From IMG/VR virus record IMGVR_UViG_3300022689_000080, positions 1 through 59,990 of that record: a DNA stretch of 59,990 nt. One strand, given 5' to 3'. The notes under the pieces were generated by a model. The model was not told where the DNA came from. It ran no database searches and was given only the letters and a program-made list of their open reading frames with translations. The stretch's first letter is position 1. Each line of letters starts with the position of its first letter. The position numbers were made by a program, and so were the translations under genes. Shown piece by piece: positions 1 to 10,656 of this stretch. This DNA comes from a virus. Lineage: Duplodnaviria > Caudoviricetes.

Positions 1-70
1 GGCTGGCGGCGCCGGGGCTGGCGGCGCCGGGGCTGGTGGCGCCGGGGCTGGTGGCGCTGGCGCTGGTGGC
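1..70 (+). repeat. 15-bp tandem repeat GGCGCCGGGGCTGGY coding (GAGAG)n
   Basis: Seen directly; same unit at 59921-59990. Confidence 0.95.
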
Positions 71-1423
71 AGCTCGGGCGGGGGCGCAGGAAACATAAAT
101 GATGTCGTTCGGCCGACGACCGATCCGCCTCCGCAGAATACGGACCCCAATCAGTTCGTGGGCAGTCTTGGAGACGGGAACACCGACTTCAATCCCGGCG
201 GCACCAACCCGGACGGCGACAACAGCACTGTTCCACGTGGAAACGCCACGGACGGAACGTCGCCCTCCGTCTACCCGCTTCTCGAGCGACGGCCAGATCT
301 GGCGGCGACCATTGACCAGCAGGCTGCGGATGCGCTGAACGCAGTCATCGGAAAAACGCGCCGCTTCCTCGATATGAACGCCACGGAGCAGGAGAAGGCG
401 CTGAACGCGGCTCAGATCCTGTTTGCCGAGGGCGAGATGGACTGGAACGAGTTCGCGCAGAATCCGGGCTTCCGCGAGGCCTACGTCGCGCGCTACGGCG
501 ATCCGCTCCAGTCAACCTACGGCAACACGCAGAACACGCGCAACGCGGATGGATCCGCGCAGGGCCAGTACGAGCCCGAATCAGGCGGCACGTTTCAGGC
601 CATCGCGGACAACGCCGCGGAGAATGACCGCGACATCACTCTGGAGGAGCTGTCCAGCGAGCGCCTGAACGACATCCTGAGCCAGGATAGCCCGCTGATG
701 ACTCTCGCGCGGCAGGATGGGGTTCGTGTTGCAAACCGCCTGGGGCTTCGGAACAGCTCCCTCGCGGCCGGCGCGCAGATGGCGGAAATGGCCCGACAGG
801 CCTCGCCGCTGGCGATGCAGGAGGCCGAGGCGACCAACCGATCGGAGCTTCAGAATCAGGCGCTCGAATCTGAAAGGCGGGCAAACAATGCCGCGCTTGA
901 GACTGAGGTTTCCGTGTCGAACGCCGGCATGGCGAACGACATGCTGAACTCAGATCGCCAGCGAAAGTACGGCATGGAGCTTCAGCAACTGGCCGGCGAT
1001 CAGGACTTTGCCAAGCAGGAGCTTGCCGCCTCGACGGCGATCGACGTGGCCAATATCGAAGGCCAGTACAAGCAGATCATTTCCGAGAACGACACCGCGG
1101 CGCGGATGTTCCAGAGCTACTACGACGTGGTTCAGAGCGTGCTGGGCAACTCCGAGTACACCGAGGGCGAGGCCAGCGGACGATTGCGTAAGGCGAAGGA
1201 TGAGTTCGAGGCCGGGATGGAAATGATCCTGGGCTTCGAGGTATTCGATCTCGACAACACGAATTCAGGCAACGGCGCGAACGCTGCCGAATGGGACTCG
1301 CTCCCCCCTGAGATCCAGTCGATGTGGGAGGCGGCAGGCTACGACCGCGGCAATTTCCCCGGGCTCGGCGGATCAACGATCGGCGGCGGCGGGTTTACGG
1401 GGGGTAGCCTGATTCAATGGTGA
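2..1423 (+). CDS. C-terminal part of a putative internal virion/ejection protein (continues ORF starting at 59228)
   Basis: Frame of ORF 158..1423 is open back to position 2 (AGGAGAGG...NINDVVRP); helical A/Q/N-rich body with GLRNSSLAAGA motif typical of podovirus injected proteins. Confidence 0.7.
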   Translation, partial: AGGAGAGGAGAGGAGAGGAGAGGSSGGGAGNINDVVRPTTDPPPQNTDPNQFVGSLGDGNTDFNPGGTNPDGDNSTVPRGNATDGTSPSVYPLLERRPDLAATIDQQAADALNAVIGKTRRFLDMNATEQEKALNAAQILFAEGEMDWNEFAQNPGFREAYVARYGDPLQSTYGNTQNTRNADGSAQGQYEPESGGTFQAIADNAAENDRDITLEELSSERLNDILSQDSPLMTLARQDGVRVANRLGLRNSSLAAGAQMAEMARQASPLAMQEAEATNRSELQNQALESERRANNAALETEVSVSNAGMANDMLNSDRQRKYGMELQQLAGDQDFAKQELAASTAIDVANIEGQYKQIISENDTAARMFQSYYDVVQSVLGNSEYTEGEASGRLRKAKDEFEAGMEMILGFEVFDLDNTNSGNGANAAEWDSLPPEIQSMWEAAGYDRGNFPGLGGSTIGGGGFTGGSLIQW

Positions 1424-1462
1424 ATTGGGCTCCCCGCCTGAACATAGCGAGGGCAATCATAG

Positions 1463-2428
1463 GTGGGATTATTCGACAAGATTGGTGACGTCCTTGGCGA
1501 CATTCTGGACGGCGTGGTGGACTTCGTTGACGACGTGTTCAACATCGACCTGAAAAAGGTTCTGAATAACGACATCGTGCGCTACGGCCTCATGGCCGTG
1601 TCGATCTTCACGGGAGGCGTGGCAATCGCCAACGGGGTTATGCAGGGCTTCACCCAGGCATCCGCTGCCAAGGGCTTTATGGCCAAGTTTGTCGAGGGCG
1701 CGTCGGGATTCGTCAAGGGTGCGCTGACCGGCTTTGCGAGTCCCATCGAAACCGCGCAGAACCTCGGTGAGCAGTTCGGGGTGCTTCAGGGCGCCGGACC
1801 GGCAAGCCTTGCTGGCACCGATCCATCGGTGGCCAGCGACATCGTTTCCTCCCTGGATGGCACCGGGGACGTGGTGGAAATGGGCGTCGGCGGGAAGGGC
1901 TTCACGGCTGATGACCTCCTGTCGGGCGGCATGGAGCAGCCTGAATTCACCCTGTCGGGAATTGCGGACGAGGCCGGGGGTTCCGAGCTATCAGGCGCTC
2001 GCGCTGCGCTGAACCAGGATCCTTCGCAGGACGCGCTTGCATCCCTGACCGGCCAAAGCTCACAGACGTTCTCGATGCCTTCGTTCTCGGAAATGGCGGG
2101 GTCCGGCGGCGTTCCGACCAACTTGGACAACGTGGTGGATCCGACGCAGAACATTTGGGGAAAGGTCGCTTCCGGCGCGAAGGACTTCGCCTCGTCGCCG
2201 GCCGGGATGCAGACGCTGGCCGGCATGGCCCAGGGCTGGGCCGAGGGCTCGATGGTTCAGGAGCGCTGGAACCAGCTCGAGCGCGAGGATAACCGGCGTC
2301 GCGCATCATGGGAGAACTACCAGACGCAGCCGCGCAGTCGCCGCACGATCCCCGGCCTTGACCGCAACCGCGAGATCATCGACCAGCGCGCCACGCAGGC
2401 GCAGCAACGATACGGGTACGCAGGATGA
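1463..2428 (+). CDS. Putative DNA ejection/pilot protein
   Basis: 321 aa; MGLFDKIG start, Gly/Ala-rich hydrophobic segments, basic C-terminus; position in internal-protein cluster. Confidence 0.6.
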   Translation: MGLFDKIGDVLGDILDGVVDFVDDVFNIDLKKVLNNDIVRYGLMAVSIFTGGVAIANGVMQGFTQASAAKGFMAKFVEGASGFVKGALTGFASPIETAQNLGEQFGVLQGAGPASLAGTDPSVASDIVSSLDGTGDVVEMGVGGKGFTADDLLSGGMEQPEFTLSGIADEAGGSELSGARAALNQDPSQDALASLTGQSSQTFSMPSFSEMAGSGGVPTNLDNVVDPTQNIWGKVASGAKDFASSPAGMQTLAGMAQGWAEGSMVQERWNQLEREDNRRRASWENYQTQPRSRRTIPGLDRNREIIDQRATQAQQRYGYAG

Positions 2429-3015
2429 TGCAGCCTCCCTTCGAGCAGGCCATGCAGATGCCGGGGGCGGGCGCGCCTTCGCAGCCTATGGCGTCGCCGC
2501 AGGCCATGAACGCATCCGGGCAGGCCACGCGAAAAGTTACTCGAGAGGTTCCCCGGGAAGAGCTGAACAACGCCCTGCGCACTGGCGCCGAAGCGGTGGC
2601 CCAGGCGCTCTACAAGAGCCCGAAGGTGTCGAAGGGCGCGATCAGGATGATCTCCCCGGACGAGGACAAGATCGGCTCCACGGCGAAGTCCGTGACGATG
2701 CTCCTGAGTGAGGTCAACAAGCGCGCGCAGATCCCCGAGCGCGTCATGGTTCCGCTGACGATCCTCACGGCCGACGAGATGATGGATATGGCCGAGGAGG
2801 CCGGAAGGGCAACCTTCAACGAACAGGAAGCCCAGCAGGTGATGTTCACCGCGGCCGAAATGATCCTTCAGGCCCACGGCGTCCCTCCGGAGCGCGCGGC
2901 ACAGCTTGCCCAGCAGGCCAGCCAGCAGGAGCTGAAGCAGGCCGAAAGCGTGTTCAACAAGGCGCTGGGGGAGCAGCAGTCCGGGCAGCAGCAGGGGGAT
3001 CAGCAACGTGCCTAG
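2425..3015 (+). CDS. Hypothetical virion-associated protein
   Basis: 196 aa, ATGA overlap with upstream gene, phage-like codon usage. Confidence 0.7.
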   Translation: MMQPPFEQAMQMPGAGAPSQPMASPQAMNASGQATRKVTREVPREELNNALRTGAEAVAQALYKSPKVSKGAIRMISPDEDKIGSTAKSVTMLLSEVNKRAQIPERVMVPLTILTADEMMDMAEEAGRATFNEQEAQQVMFTAAEMILQAHGVPPERAAQLAQQASQQELKQAESVFNKALGEQQSGQQQGDQQRA

Positions 3016-3757
3016 CATGGGTCTACTGGGCGCCGTCGCAGGTGGCGCAAAGGGCTTCGGCGGTTTCATCAGCGCGGAGCTTCAGGCCGAGCGCGAGCGC
3101 GCGATGGAGGCGCTGCGCCAGGACAACCGGCTCGCTATGGAAGAAGTTCGGACCACGAACAGACGCGAGACGAACCGCCTGAACAACGAGCAGCAGAACG
3201 ATTTCCGACTTGGGCAGTTGGCTCAGTCCGACGAGTATGCGCGCGACCGAATCGAAATGGAGCGCCCGTCGATGCAGGACGAGACGCTGACCTTTGAGGA
3301 GGATGGCCAGCCGTCGCTCACAATGTACGGTCAGCGCAACACCAAGACGAACGAGTTCACGCCGTACCGCCGCCCGGACGAGTCCAAGGAATCGGCTTAC
3401 GGCGGCGGTCCCGCCGAAGCGCAGCTCGTCGAGTATTACCGGCAGGAGCATGGGATGTCGCCGGAGGATGCCCGCGAGTTCGTCAAGACGAGCGCGAAGG
3501 ACGGCGCGTCCGAGACGTACAACCGGATGCTTGCCGATATGCTCAAGGACACGGCGGATCCCGTTCGGGCCACCCAGCTCGTGAACGACGCCTTCCGCAG
3601 TACGGAGTGGGGCGCCTACTGGGGCGACTTCAACTACAGCGACGTGCTGCGCTTCAAGGCGGCGAACCCCGGCGTTCCGGATGAACAGATTCGCGCCTTC
3701 ATGGAAGATCAGGTCGCCAAGGGGAGGCGCGTAACTGGTGCAGCGCCGCAGCCGTAG
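3008..3757 (+). CDS. Putative ejection protein
   Basis: 249 aa; N-terminal GLLGAVAGGAKGFGG followed by charged coiled coil. Confidence 0.6.
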   Translation: MPSMGLLGAVAGGAKGFGGFISAELQAERERAMEALRQDNRLAMEEVRTTNRRETNRLNNEQQNDFRLGQLAQSDEYARDRIEMERPSMQDETLTFEEDGQPSLTMYGQRNTKTNEFTPYRRPDESKESAYGGGPAEAQLVEYYRQEHGMSPEDAREFVKTSAKDGASETYNRMLADMLKDTADPVRATQLVNDAFRSTEWGAYWGDFNYSDVLRFKAANPGVPDEQIRAFMEDQVAKGRRVTGAAPQP

Positions 3758-3759
3758 GC

Positions 3760-6700
3760 ATGGGATCCGCAAACCCCTTTGAGGGCCTGAAGAACCCGTT
3801 CGATAACGATGGCCCGCAGGCCTCTTCGGCTTCAGCGTTTGCTGATGGCCCGAATGACCTTGGCGACGGCATCATCAGCCAGGGCATTGAGGGCAGCGTC
3901 CCCGGCCCCGGTAATCAGGTAAAGCTGGACCCGCCGAGCGCTGGGCCGGATCCGTTCCTCGATTTCGTAAACCCCTTCGACAGCCCTTCCGCCGTTCAGG
4001 CCCGGGAGGGGCCCGCCCCCGAGCCCGAGATCGACGATCGGTCCCAGTTCCGCAAGGGCTTCGCCTCCGGCATCGACAAGATGCAGGGCATGGGCGGCGC
4101 CACGGCGATGCTCCTGGGCGATGCGCTGGGCCTCGACGGTATGCGCGACTGGGGTATGGAAACCTACCAGTCGAACATGGCCGAGGCGCAGGCCAATGCC
4201 GGTCGGGTGCAGCGGATCGAGGACATTTCCTCGTGGGGCGACTTCGGTGACTGGCTGGCCTTCACGTCGGGCGAGACGATCCCTGATCTTGCACTGGGCA
4301 TCGCCGGCGGCGGGGTCGGCGCCTTTGCCGGCAAGCGCCTCGCGCAGAAGAAGATCCGCGATCACTTCGAGAAGCGACTGAGGGACAAGATCCCGGTCGA
4401 GCAGATCATCAAGGAAACCGACGACATCGCGCGTCGGGCCATGATCCGCGGGGGCGCGGTAGGCGGCGCTGCTACCACTCTTCCGATGACCGTGGGCGAG
4501 ATCGGCGGCGAGATCTTCGACGAGACGGGCGAGATCCGGCCCGGGGTCGCTGCGAGCTTCGGCGCCGTCAACGCCGCCCTGGAACAGCTCCCGATCTTCT
4601 CCGCGCTCCGCAAGTTCCTGCCGCCCGGAGCTGAAGATGCTGTGCGCAAAAGCATCTTCCGCAGAGCCGTTGAGGGCGGATTGGAGACTGCCGCCGGCGA
4701 AGCGGTGACTGAGGGCCTTCAGACGATCGTCGAGAAGGCGGCGGTCAAGTGGGTCGACGAGAACAAGGACATTTTCACGCCGGAAAACTGGTCCGAGATC
4801 CGCAACGCCGCAGCGGCGGGCGCGGTGGGCGGTGGGCAGGTCGGCGTCATCACAGGCGCGATCTCCTCGCCCACGGAGTCGATGGCGCGCGACGACGTGC
4901 AGCGCCGCGCCGACGCCTACCAGACCGCCCTTGAGCAGGAGGCCGAAGCGGCCCGCCAGCGCGTCCTGGACGAGGGAGGCGATGCGCTCACCGCGGAGAT
5001 CGCGGTCCAGCAGGTCTACATCGAGGGCGAGAAGTTCCGGCCGCAGCCGCAGAATCTGCCGACCGACGCGGAGTACCTGAACCCCGATGCGCCCGAAGGG
5101 CAGGTGCTGTACAACCCCTTCCAGCAGGGCCAGGTGGACCCAACGTCCTACTCCATCGAAGGGACGCCGGTCACGCCGGCGCCGGAAACCTTCGATTCCG
5201 TCGAATACACGCCCGAAGAATACCTTCCGATCGAGCTGGAAGATGCGCCGGTCGAGCCCGTGCCCACGCAGGACTTCTCCCTGATCGACCTGAAGTCCCG
5301 GGCCATCGAGGATCTGATCGAGGAGCAGAGCTACCGCGATATTGGCCTTGATGCAGCGGACCCCGAGCCGATCCCCTACGCTTCTGATGACCCCAATCCT
5401 CGGCCGGCGCGCGAGATCTTCGATAACGCCGAGCGCGATGCCATCCAGGCCGACATCGACCGCCTCTCAGCGGAGACGCCAAAGGTCAAGCTGGGCAACG
5501 ACGCCACCCCGTCCGTTGACCACGATCTTCTCCAGAACATCGCCCTCCTGGGTGGCCTTTCCCGGGAAGAGGCGGAGGCGCAGGGCATCGACCCCGCCGA
5601 GTTCGGGCGCCTCGGCGCCGGCATCCGCCGCGTGTTCACCAAGAACGGCCGGTCCTTCGACGATATGGCCGAGTCGCTGGGCGAGCTGGGCTTTTTCGAC
5701 ACGCGGGAGCGCACCCCGAACGAGCTTCTGGCGATGCTCGACAACGCGCTGGTCGGAGGGCGCGAGGTATCGCCGCGGTCGAGCGTGCAGGCCGAGTACG
5801 ACTCCACGGTGGCGCAAATCGAGCAGCTTGAAGGCGAGCTGGCTCGCCTCGAGCGCTATCGCGGCGAGGACACCGAAGAGCCCATTCCGCCCCAGGACCT
5901 CTACGACCCCGATGACGCCGAGCTGCGGGATCTGAGCTATGCTTACCTGAAGGGTGAGCTGGCCGGACTTTCCGATGATGTTCTCGCGGACATTATCAAC
6001 ACGGCCGTCGACATCCGGTCGGCCATTCAGCTCATTGAAGAGGAAATCCAGCTTGAGCGAGAAGTCCTCGATAACCTTGCTCGACAAGGTTCGCCACAAC
6101 GCGGCGGCGATCAAGCGCCATCACAACCGCAGACGGATGCGGGAGTCGATGGAGGCGAAGAAGCGGGCCCGCGACAACCAGAATCGCAGCCGGACCTCCT
6201 CGGCGGACGAGAGCGGACAACCGAAGAGTTAGAGCGCGAGCGCCGCGCGCGCGAGGAAGCCCAGCGGCCGCCGGTCGACGCCGGCTTCGGGCCGCTTTTC
6301 GACGGATCACTCAACCAACTCGACATCGCGGACGTTGCGACGCAGGAAGCTCCTGCCGAAACGGCCGTCGACACCGAACAGCCCCCTCCGGCTCCAGGTT
6401 TAACGCCTTCCCCCGGTCTGGAGTCGGATGGGGGCTTCACCCTCGAGCAGCAGGACGCGACCGAAAATCCTGGCGATCAGCCCCTGGATCTCCTGCAAGG
6501 CTACGAGCCCCCGGAAGATCGCGCCGCGGAGCGCGAGCGCATCCGCGCGAAGCTCGACGGTATGTCGCAGATCCAGCTCGCTGCGCTTCTCGAAAACTCG
6601 AACGCTTACCGCGACGGACTGGCCGCTGACCAGATGAAGGACCGAATCCTGGCCCTCGCGGATGTCGCCGCGGAAATGGGCCAGTACGAGTCGGTCAACC

Positions 6701-9700
6701 AGTGGTCCGAGGCAACGCCTATTCTTGGACGGGCCACGCGCAACCATCAGGCGCTGGCGCGTATATGGGATCCGCGCAGGTCGCGCAGCTTCTCCCCGCT
6801 GTCGGCGCGCGAGAAGATTGCCGCCAATGTCCAGACGGTAAACGGCTACCTGCCTCTCGAAACGGAGCAGGAAAAGACCGAGCGCGAGACGAAGAACGCC
6901 GAGGCTGTTGCGCAGGGCGATCTTGAGCGGCGCGAGCTGGAGGCGCTGAAGCAGATCGTCGAGGACTACATGACGCCGGAGCGCGGCCGGGAGATCCGCG
7001 ACTGGTGGGACGGCGCGGAGCCCGATGACCGCGTGAAGCTCCTCCGTCTGGTTGGCGCCACCGACGACGAAGCCCGGAAAATGTGGAAGCGCCCGTGGGT
7101 CGGCGGCGACGGCAAGCTGGGCGTGTCCGAGAAGTTCAAGCGCGCCGTCCACGATCAGGCGGTGACGTTTTGGGATCGCTTCAAGGCGGACCCTGCCGGC
7201 TTCTATGAGGGCCGGACGCTCCCCACCGACCTGATGATGGCGACCACGCTTCAGGACTACCGCGCGATCAGTGACGCGGTGGAGCGCGGCGTCATGGTGC
7301 CCGAGCTGGGCATGGACGAGTCCTTCGTGGGAGAGCATCCCGCGAAGAAGCTCCCCGGCTACAAGGCGGCGCAGGAGCTGTACCACGATGACCGCGGGCG
7401 CTTCCGCGGCCTCGCGCCGGTTGCGCTGTCGCTGCGCCTGGGTGTCCCCGAGTCCGACGCAAAGGTACTGCGCGACTACTTCCTGAACTTCTACGAGCGC
7501 GCCGGCATGAGGGCGCGCCCGGGCGGCGAGGAGGGTCCGAACGGCGTCTGGTACGAGGGCGGGCAGCTCATGGCTCTCACGGAGGAGGGCGGCGGATCCG
7601 ATGGCACCTTCGTGGACCCGAAGAATCCGGATGCGGCGGCGCAGACTGGCGGAGGCCTCGAGAATCGCCCCCAGGCGAACCGCGAGGACGCGATCATCAC
7701 GTTCGGCAAGTACCGCGACCGGAACGTGTTCGACGTGGCCGACGAGGATCCCGACTACGTTCGCTGGATGATCTCGAGCGGCGCGATCGACAAGCCCGGG
7801 CTTGCGCCGTTCAAGGACGAGCTGGACCAGAAGCTCAACGCCGAGGCGCGGGCCAAGGCCGAGGAGCGCAAAAAGAAGCAGGCCGAGCGGATCAAGGAGA
7901 TCGACGTAGATGCGATCCTGCGCGCCGCGGGCCTGAAGGTGAAGCAGGACGGCGATACGTGGCTCGTGTCCGGCAACACATACCCTGTCCGCAAGCTGAT
8001 GAACGAGCTGGGCGGGCGCTTCGACTACGACGAGAAGGCCTACCGCTTCACCGATGACCCGCGCGGTCCCATCGCGGCCGAGCTGGGCGACGAGGACGGC
8101 ACGGGCGTCGACCTTGGCCAGATCGACCCCGAAGCCGACGAGATGGTGAAGGAGGCGCGGGAAAAGCTGCGCCCGAAGCTGAACGCCACGCCGAACGAGG
8201 CCCTGACGCCGAAAGAATACCGCGCCCTCGTGGGCTCCGAAACGAAGGATCTGATCGAGCGCGGCCGGCGCTTTGGTATCCCTGATTCTGTCGTGCAGGA
8301 GCAGATCGAGGACATCGGCATGATTACCAGGGCCTCCCTCGACGGGAAGCCGGTGTTCGTGCTGGCGAATCAGGCCGGCTCCGGCAAGACCTTCGTCCTG
8401 GGTGGCGCCATGCGCGAGATCGGGGAGCAGCAGGATCGCCGCTTCGTCTACGTCACCATGAACAAGAACCTAATCGCGCAGATCGAGAAGGATCTGGCCG
8501 ACTACGGGATCGGTGACAGGGTGGAGTTCTTCACCTACTCGGCGCTATCCAATAAGAAGTCTGCGAAACCTGTCCTCGACGAGAACACGGTCCTGATCTT
8601 CGACGAGGCGCACAACATCAAGAACATCGGCGGGCCCTCGGAGTCCACGCGGGCTGTGATCGCCAGCCAGATGATGCGCGACGCCTCGATGACCATCGTC
8701 TCCAGCGCCACGCCTTACGAGAACCCCGTCGAAATGGCGTACCTCGAGCCCACGGGGATATTTGAAGAGGCCGGCGGTCACATGAAGTTCGCGCTGGCCT
8801 ACGGCGCGTCGCTCCAGAAGGTGCAGACGGGCCGCAGGGCCGATCAGGTGGATCTGGTGGCGTACTGGCCGGGAGGCCGGTCGCGTGTGGCCCTGGCCGC
8901 GGAAGCCCGCGACTGGCTGGATCGCAAGGGCCTGTTCACCCAGCGCATCAAGAAGCTGCCCGATGGCATGGTCGAATCCAACTTCCGGTCTGTCGAGATT
9001 TCAAAGGAGTGGGTGGAGCGCTTCGACACCATCACGGGAGCCTACGACGAGGCCTTCAACCGAACCGGCTCCATGATTCTCGGCGCCCTGAAGATGAACA
9101 CGCAGAAGCGCATCCTCGAGGCCGCAAAGCTGGACGACGGCATCCGCATGGCGCGCAAGGCGGTGGAGGACGGCAAGCAGGCCGTAATCTTCACCGAAAC
9201 GAAGTCGGAGCGCGGCTTCACCTTCGGGATCTCCCCGATGGAAATGGAGCAGGCCAACCGCATCGCCTTCGCCCAGGACGAACCCGCGCCTTACCCGTCA
9301 TGGAAGGTGGAGCTTCAGCGCGAGTTCGAGGACCGTGGCCTGACTGATTACACGCTGCCATCCACGGTGGACGAGATCGTGAAGGCCTTCGGCCGCGACA
9401 GCACCGCGGTCTACGTCGGCGCCGCCCAGTTCGAGACTGTGAACGTCACGGACAAGACGGCGAAGGATGATCTCGCGGCTTTCAAGGCCGGCAAGCTGGA
9501 TGTGATGGTCGCTACGATGGCGAAGGGAGGCACCGGCCTATCGATCCACCCGACGAAGAAGAACAACCCGCGCGCGCAGATCGGCATCAACCTCCCCTGG
9601 AAGGCGACCGGCGTCGACCAGGTATCGGGGCGCCTCGCCCGCTACGGGATGCAGAGCCCCGTGGACATCGACTGGGTGTTCGCCTCGAACATCGAGCTGG

Positions 9701-10026
9701 AACGCAAGATCGCGGGCAGGGTGGGCGATCGCATGGCGGCGATGGGCGCCACGGTGTCCGGCCTCGAGCTGAACGCCGCCAACCAGCTACAGGAGTGGGA
9801 CTTCGAGAGCGACACGGATGCCGGCGGCACCGAGGACGTGAATCGACCGACCCGCCGGCAGGCAGAGCAGGAGGAGGCGCCCGCGCCCCCGGAGCCCGTG
9901 ACCGAGGAATACGAGGACGAAGATGGCGTCCTGTACGAGGTCACGGTCGATATGATGAAGCAGGCCGAAAGGCTGGAAGCGCGACTGGGCGTCCTCGACG
10001 AGCTGATTAGGTGCCTGACGCGATGA
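3760..10026 (+). CDS. Large polyvalent internal protein with C-terminal SF2 (Strawberry-notch/DarB-like) helicase
   Basis: 2088 aa; Walker A AGSGKT (~8374), DEAH (8602-8613), SSATP, GGTGLS, QVSGRLAR; N-terminal NPF motifs and Gly/Ala hydrophobic helices. Confidence 0.85.
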   Translation: MGSANPFEGLKNPFDNDGPQASSASAFADGPNDLGDGIISQGIEGSVPGPGNQVKLDPPSAGPDPFLDFVNPFDSPSAVQAREGPAPEPEIDDRSQFRKGFASGIDKMQGMGGATAMLLGDALGLDGMRDWGMETYQSNMAEAQANAGRVQRIEDISSWGDFGDWLAFTSGETIPDLALGIAGGGVGAFAGKRLAQKKIRDHFEKRLRDKIPVEQIIKETDDIARRAMIRGGAVGGAATTLPMTVGEIGGEIFDETGEIRPGVAASFGAVNAALEQLPIFSALRKFLPPGAEDAVRKSIFRRAVEGGLETAAGEAVTEGLQTIVEKAAVKWVDENKDIFTPENWSEIRNAAAAGAVGGGQVGVITGAISSPTESMARDDVQRRADAYQTALEQEAEAARQRVLDEGGDALTAEIAVQQVYIEGEKFRPQPQNLPTDAEYLNPDAPEGQVLYNPFQQGQVDPTSYSIEGTPVTPAPETFDSVEYTPEEYLPIELEDAPVEPVPTQDFSLIDLKSRAIEDLIEEQSYRDIGLDAADPEPIPYASDDPNPRPAREIFDNAERDAIQADIDRLSAETPKVKLGNDATPSVDHDLLQNIALLGGLSREEAEAQGIDPAEFGRLGAGIRRVFTKNGRSFDDMAESLGELGFFDTRERTPNELLAMLDNALVGGREVSPRSSVQAEYDSTVAQIEQLEGELARLERYRGEDTEEPIPPQDLYDPDDAELRDLSYAYLKGELAGLSDDVLADIINTAVDIRSAIQLIEEEIQLEREVLDNLARQGSPQRGGDQAPSQPQTDAGVDGGEEAGPRQPESQPDLLGGRERTTEELERERRAREEAQRPPVDAGFGPLFDGSLNQLDIADVATQEAPAETAVDTEQPPPAPGLTPSPGLESDGGFTLEQQDATENPGDQPLDLLQGYEPPEDRAAERERIRAKLDGMSQIQLAALLENSNAYRDGLAADQMKDRILALADVAAEMGQYESVNQWSEATPILGRATRNHQALARIWDPRRSRSFSPLSAREKIAANVQTVNGYLPLETEQEKTERETKNAEAVAQGDLERRELEALKQIVEDYMTPERGREIRDWWDGAEPDDRVKLLRLVGATDDEARKMWKRPWVGGDGKLGVSEKFKRAVHDQAVTFWDRFKADPAGFYEGRTLPTDLMMATTLQDYRAISDAVERGVMVPELGMDESFVGEHPAKKLPGYKAAQELYHDDRGRFRGLAPVALSLRLGVPESDAKVLRDYFLNFYERAGMRARPGGEEGPNGVWYEGGQLMALTEEGGGSDGTFVDPKNPDAAAQTGGGLENRPQANREDAIITFGKYRDRNVFDVADEDPDYVRWMISSGAIDKPGLAPFKDELDQKLNAEARAKAEERKKKQAERIKEIDVDAILRAAGLKVKQDGDTWLVSGNTYPVRKLMNELGGRFDYDEKAYRFTDDPRGPIAAELGDEDGTGVDLGQIDPEADEMVKEAREKLRPKLNATPNEALTPKEYRALVGSETKDLIERGRRFGIPDSVVQEQIEDIGMITRASLDGKPVFVLANQAGSGKTFVLGGAMREIGEQQDRRFVYVTMNKNLIAQIEKDLADYGIGDRVEFFTYSALSNKKSAKPVLDENTVLIFDEAHNIKNIGGPSESTRAVIASQMMRDASMTIVSSATPYENPVEMAYLEPTGIFEEAGGHMKFALAYGASLQKVQTGRRADQVDLVAYWPGGRSRVALAAEARDWLDRKGLFTQRIKKLPDGMVESNFRSVEISKEWVERFDTITGAYDEAFNRTGSMILGALKMNTQKRILEAAKLDDGIRMARKAVEDGKQAVIFTETKSERGFTFGISPMEMEQANRIAFAQDEPAPYPSWKVELQREFEDRGLTDYTLPSTVDEIVKAFGRDSTAVYVGAAQFETVNVTDKTAKDDLAAFKAGKLDVMVATMAKGGTGLSIHPTKKNNPRAQIGINLPWKATGVDQVSGRLARYGMQSPVDIDWVFASNIELERKIAGRVGDRMAAMGATVSGLELNAANQLQEWDFESDTDAGGTEDVNRPTRRQAEQEEAPAPPEPVTEEYEDEDGVLYEVTVDMMKQAERLEARLGVLDELIRCLTR

Positions 10027-10421
10027 AGAAGATCACGAAAGAGGAGCTGCGCAGGCTCCGATCGACCGGCGCCGTCGTTCGCAAGAAGTCGGTGCCGACG
10101 AAGGAAGCCTCGCCAGCCTCGCCGCCGGCGAAGAAGGAAACCTCGCCAGCCTCGCCAGCGAGGTTTGAAGCCCCGCCCGCCCCCTCGGCCGAGCTGGAGG
10201 CGCTTGCCCGGGCTACGGTGATGAATTCCGAGCGCAGTTCCGCGGCGATGATGGAGATCGCAAAGGATCTCCAGTCCGGACAGCGCCAGTTCGCGGAGCA
10301 GCTTGCCGCGGCCATCGAGCGCAACGCCGCGCGACCTAAACCCATTCCCTACCGCTTTACCATTCAGCGCAACAAGCGCGGGCTCATTGAGTCAGTGGAC
10401 GCCATTCCGATCGACGAATGA
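10023..10421 (+). CDS. Hypothetical protein
   Basis: ATGA overlap with upstream gene; short KE(A/T)SPASP duplication; C-terminal YRFTIQRNKRGLIESV. Confidence 0.7.
   Translation: MKKITKEELRRLRSTGAVVRKKSVPTKEASPASPPAKKETSPASPARFEAPPAPSAELEALARATVMNSERSSAAMMEIAKDLQSGQRQFAEQLAAAIERNAARPKPIPYRFTIQRNKRGLIESVDAIPIDE
10336..10363 (+). promoter_or_regulatory. Putative phage-class promoter upstream of lysis genes (CTAAAC-16-TACCAT)
   Basis: One mismatch to the TTAAAC-N16-TANNNT motif found at five other sites. Confidence 0.5.
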
Positions 10422-10469
10422 GGTAGTCGAGATCGAGGCCCTGGCTCGCTAACGCTATGAGAGGCAGGA

Positions 10470-10655
10470 ATGAACGGAGATCTTTTCAGGCTGGCTCGGC
10501 ACGCTATCGCTCCATTGGTGGCCTATGCGGTTGCCCGCGGATGGATCCCTGCTGCGGCCGAAAGCGAAGTGGTGCGGTTCCTCGCGCTGTCGGCGGCAAT
10601 CGGTCTTGCATGGGGCGTCAGCAAGTACCGCGACGTGATTCAGGGGCGCCGCTGA
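10470..10655 (+). CDS. Putative holin
   Basis: 61 aa, two hydrophobic helices, basic C-terminus, two genes upstream of endolysin. Confidence 0.65.
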   Translation: MNGDLFRLARHAIAPLVAYAVARGWIPAAAESEVVRFLALSAAIGLAWGVSKYRDVIQGRR

Positions 10656-10656
10656 T

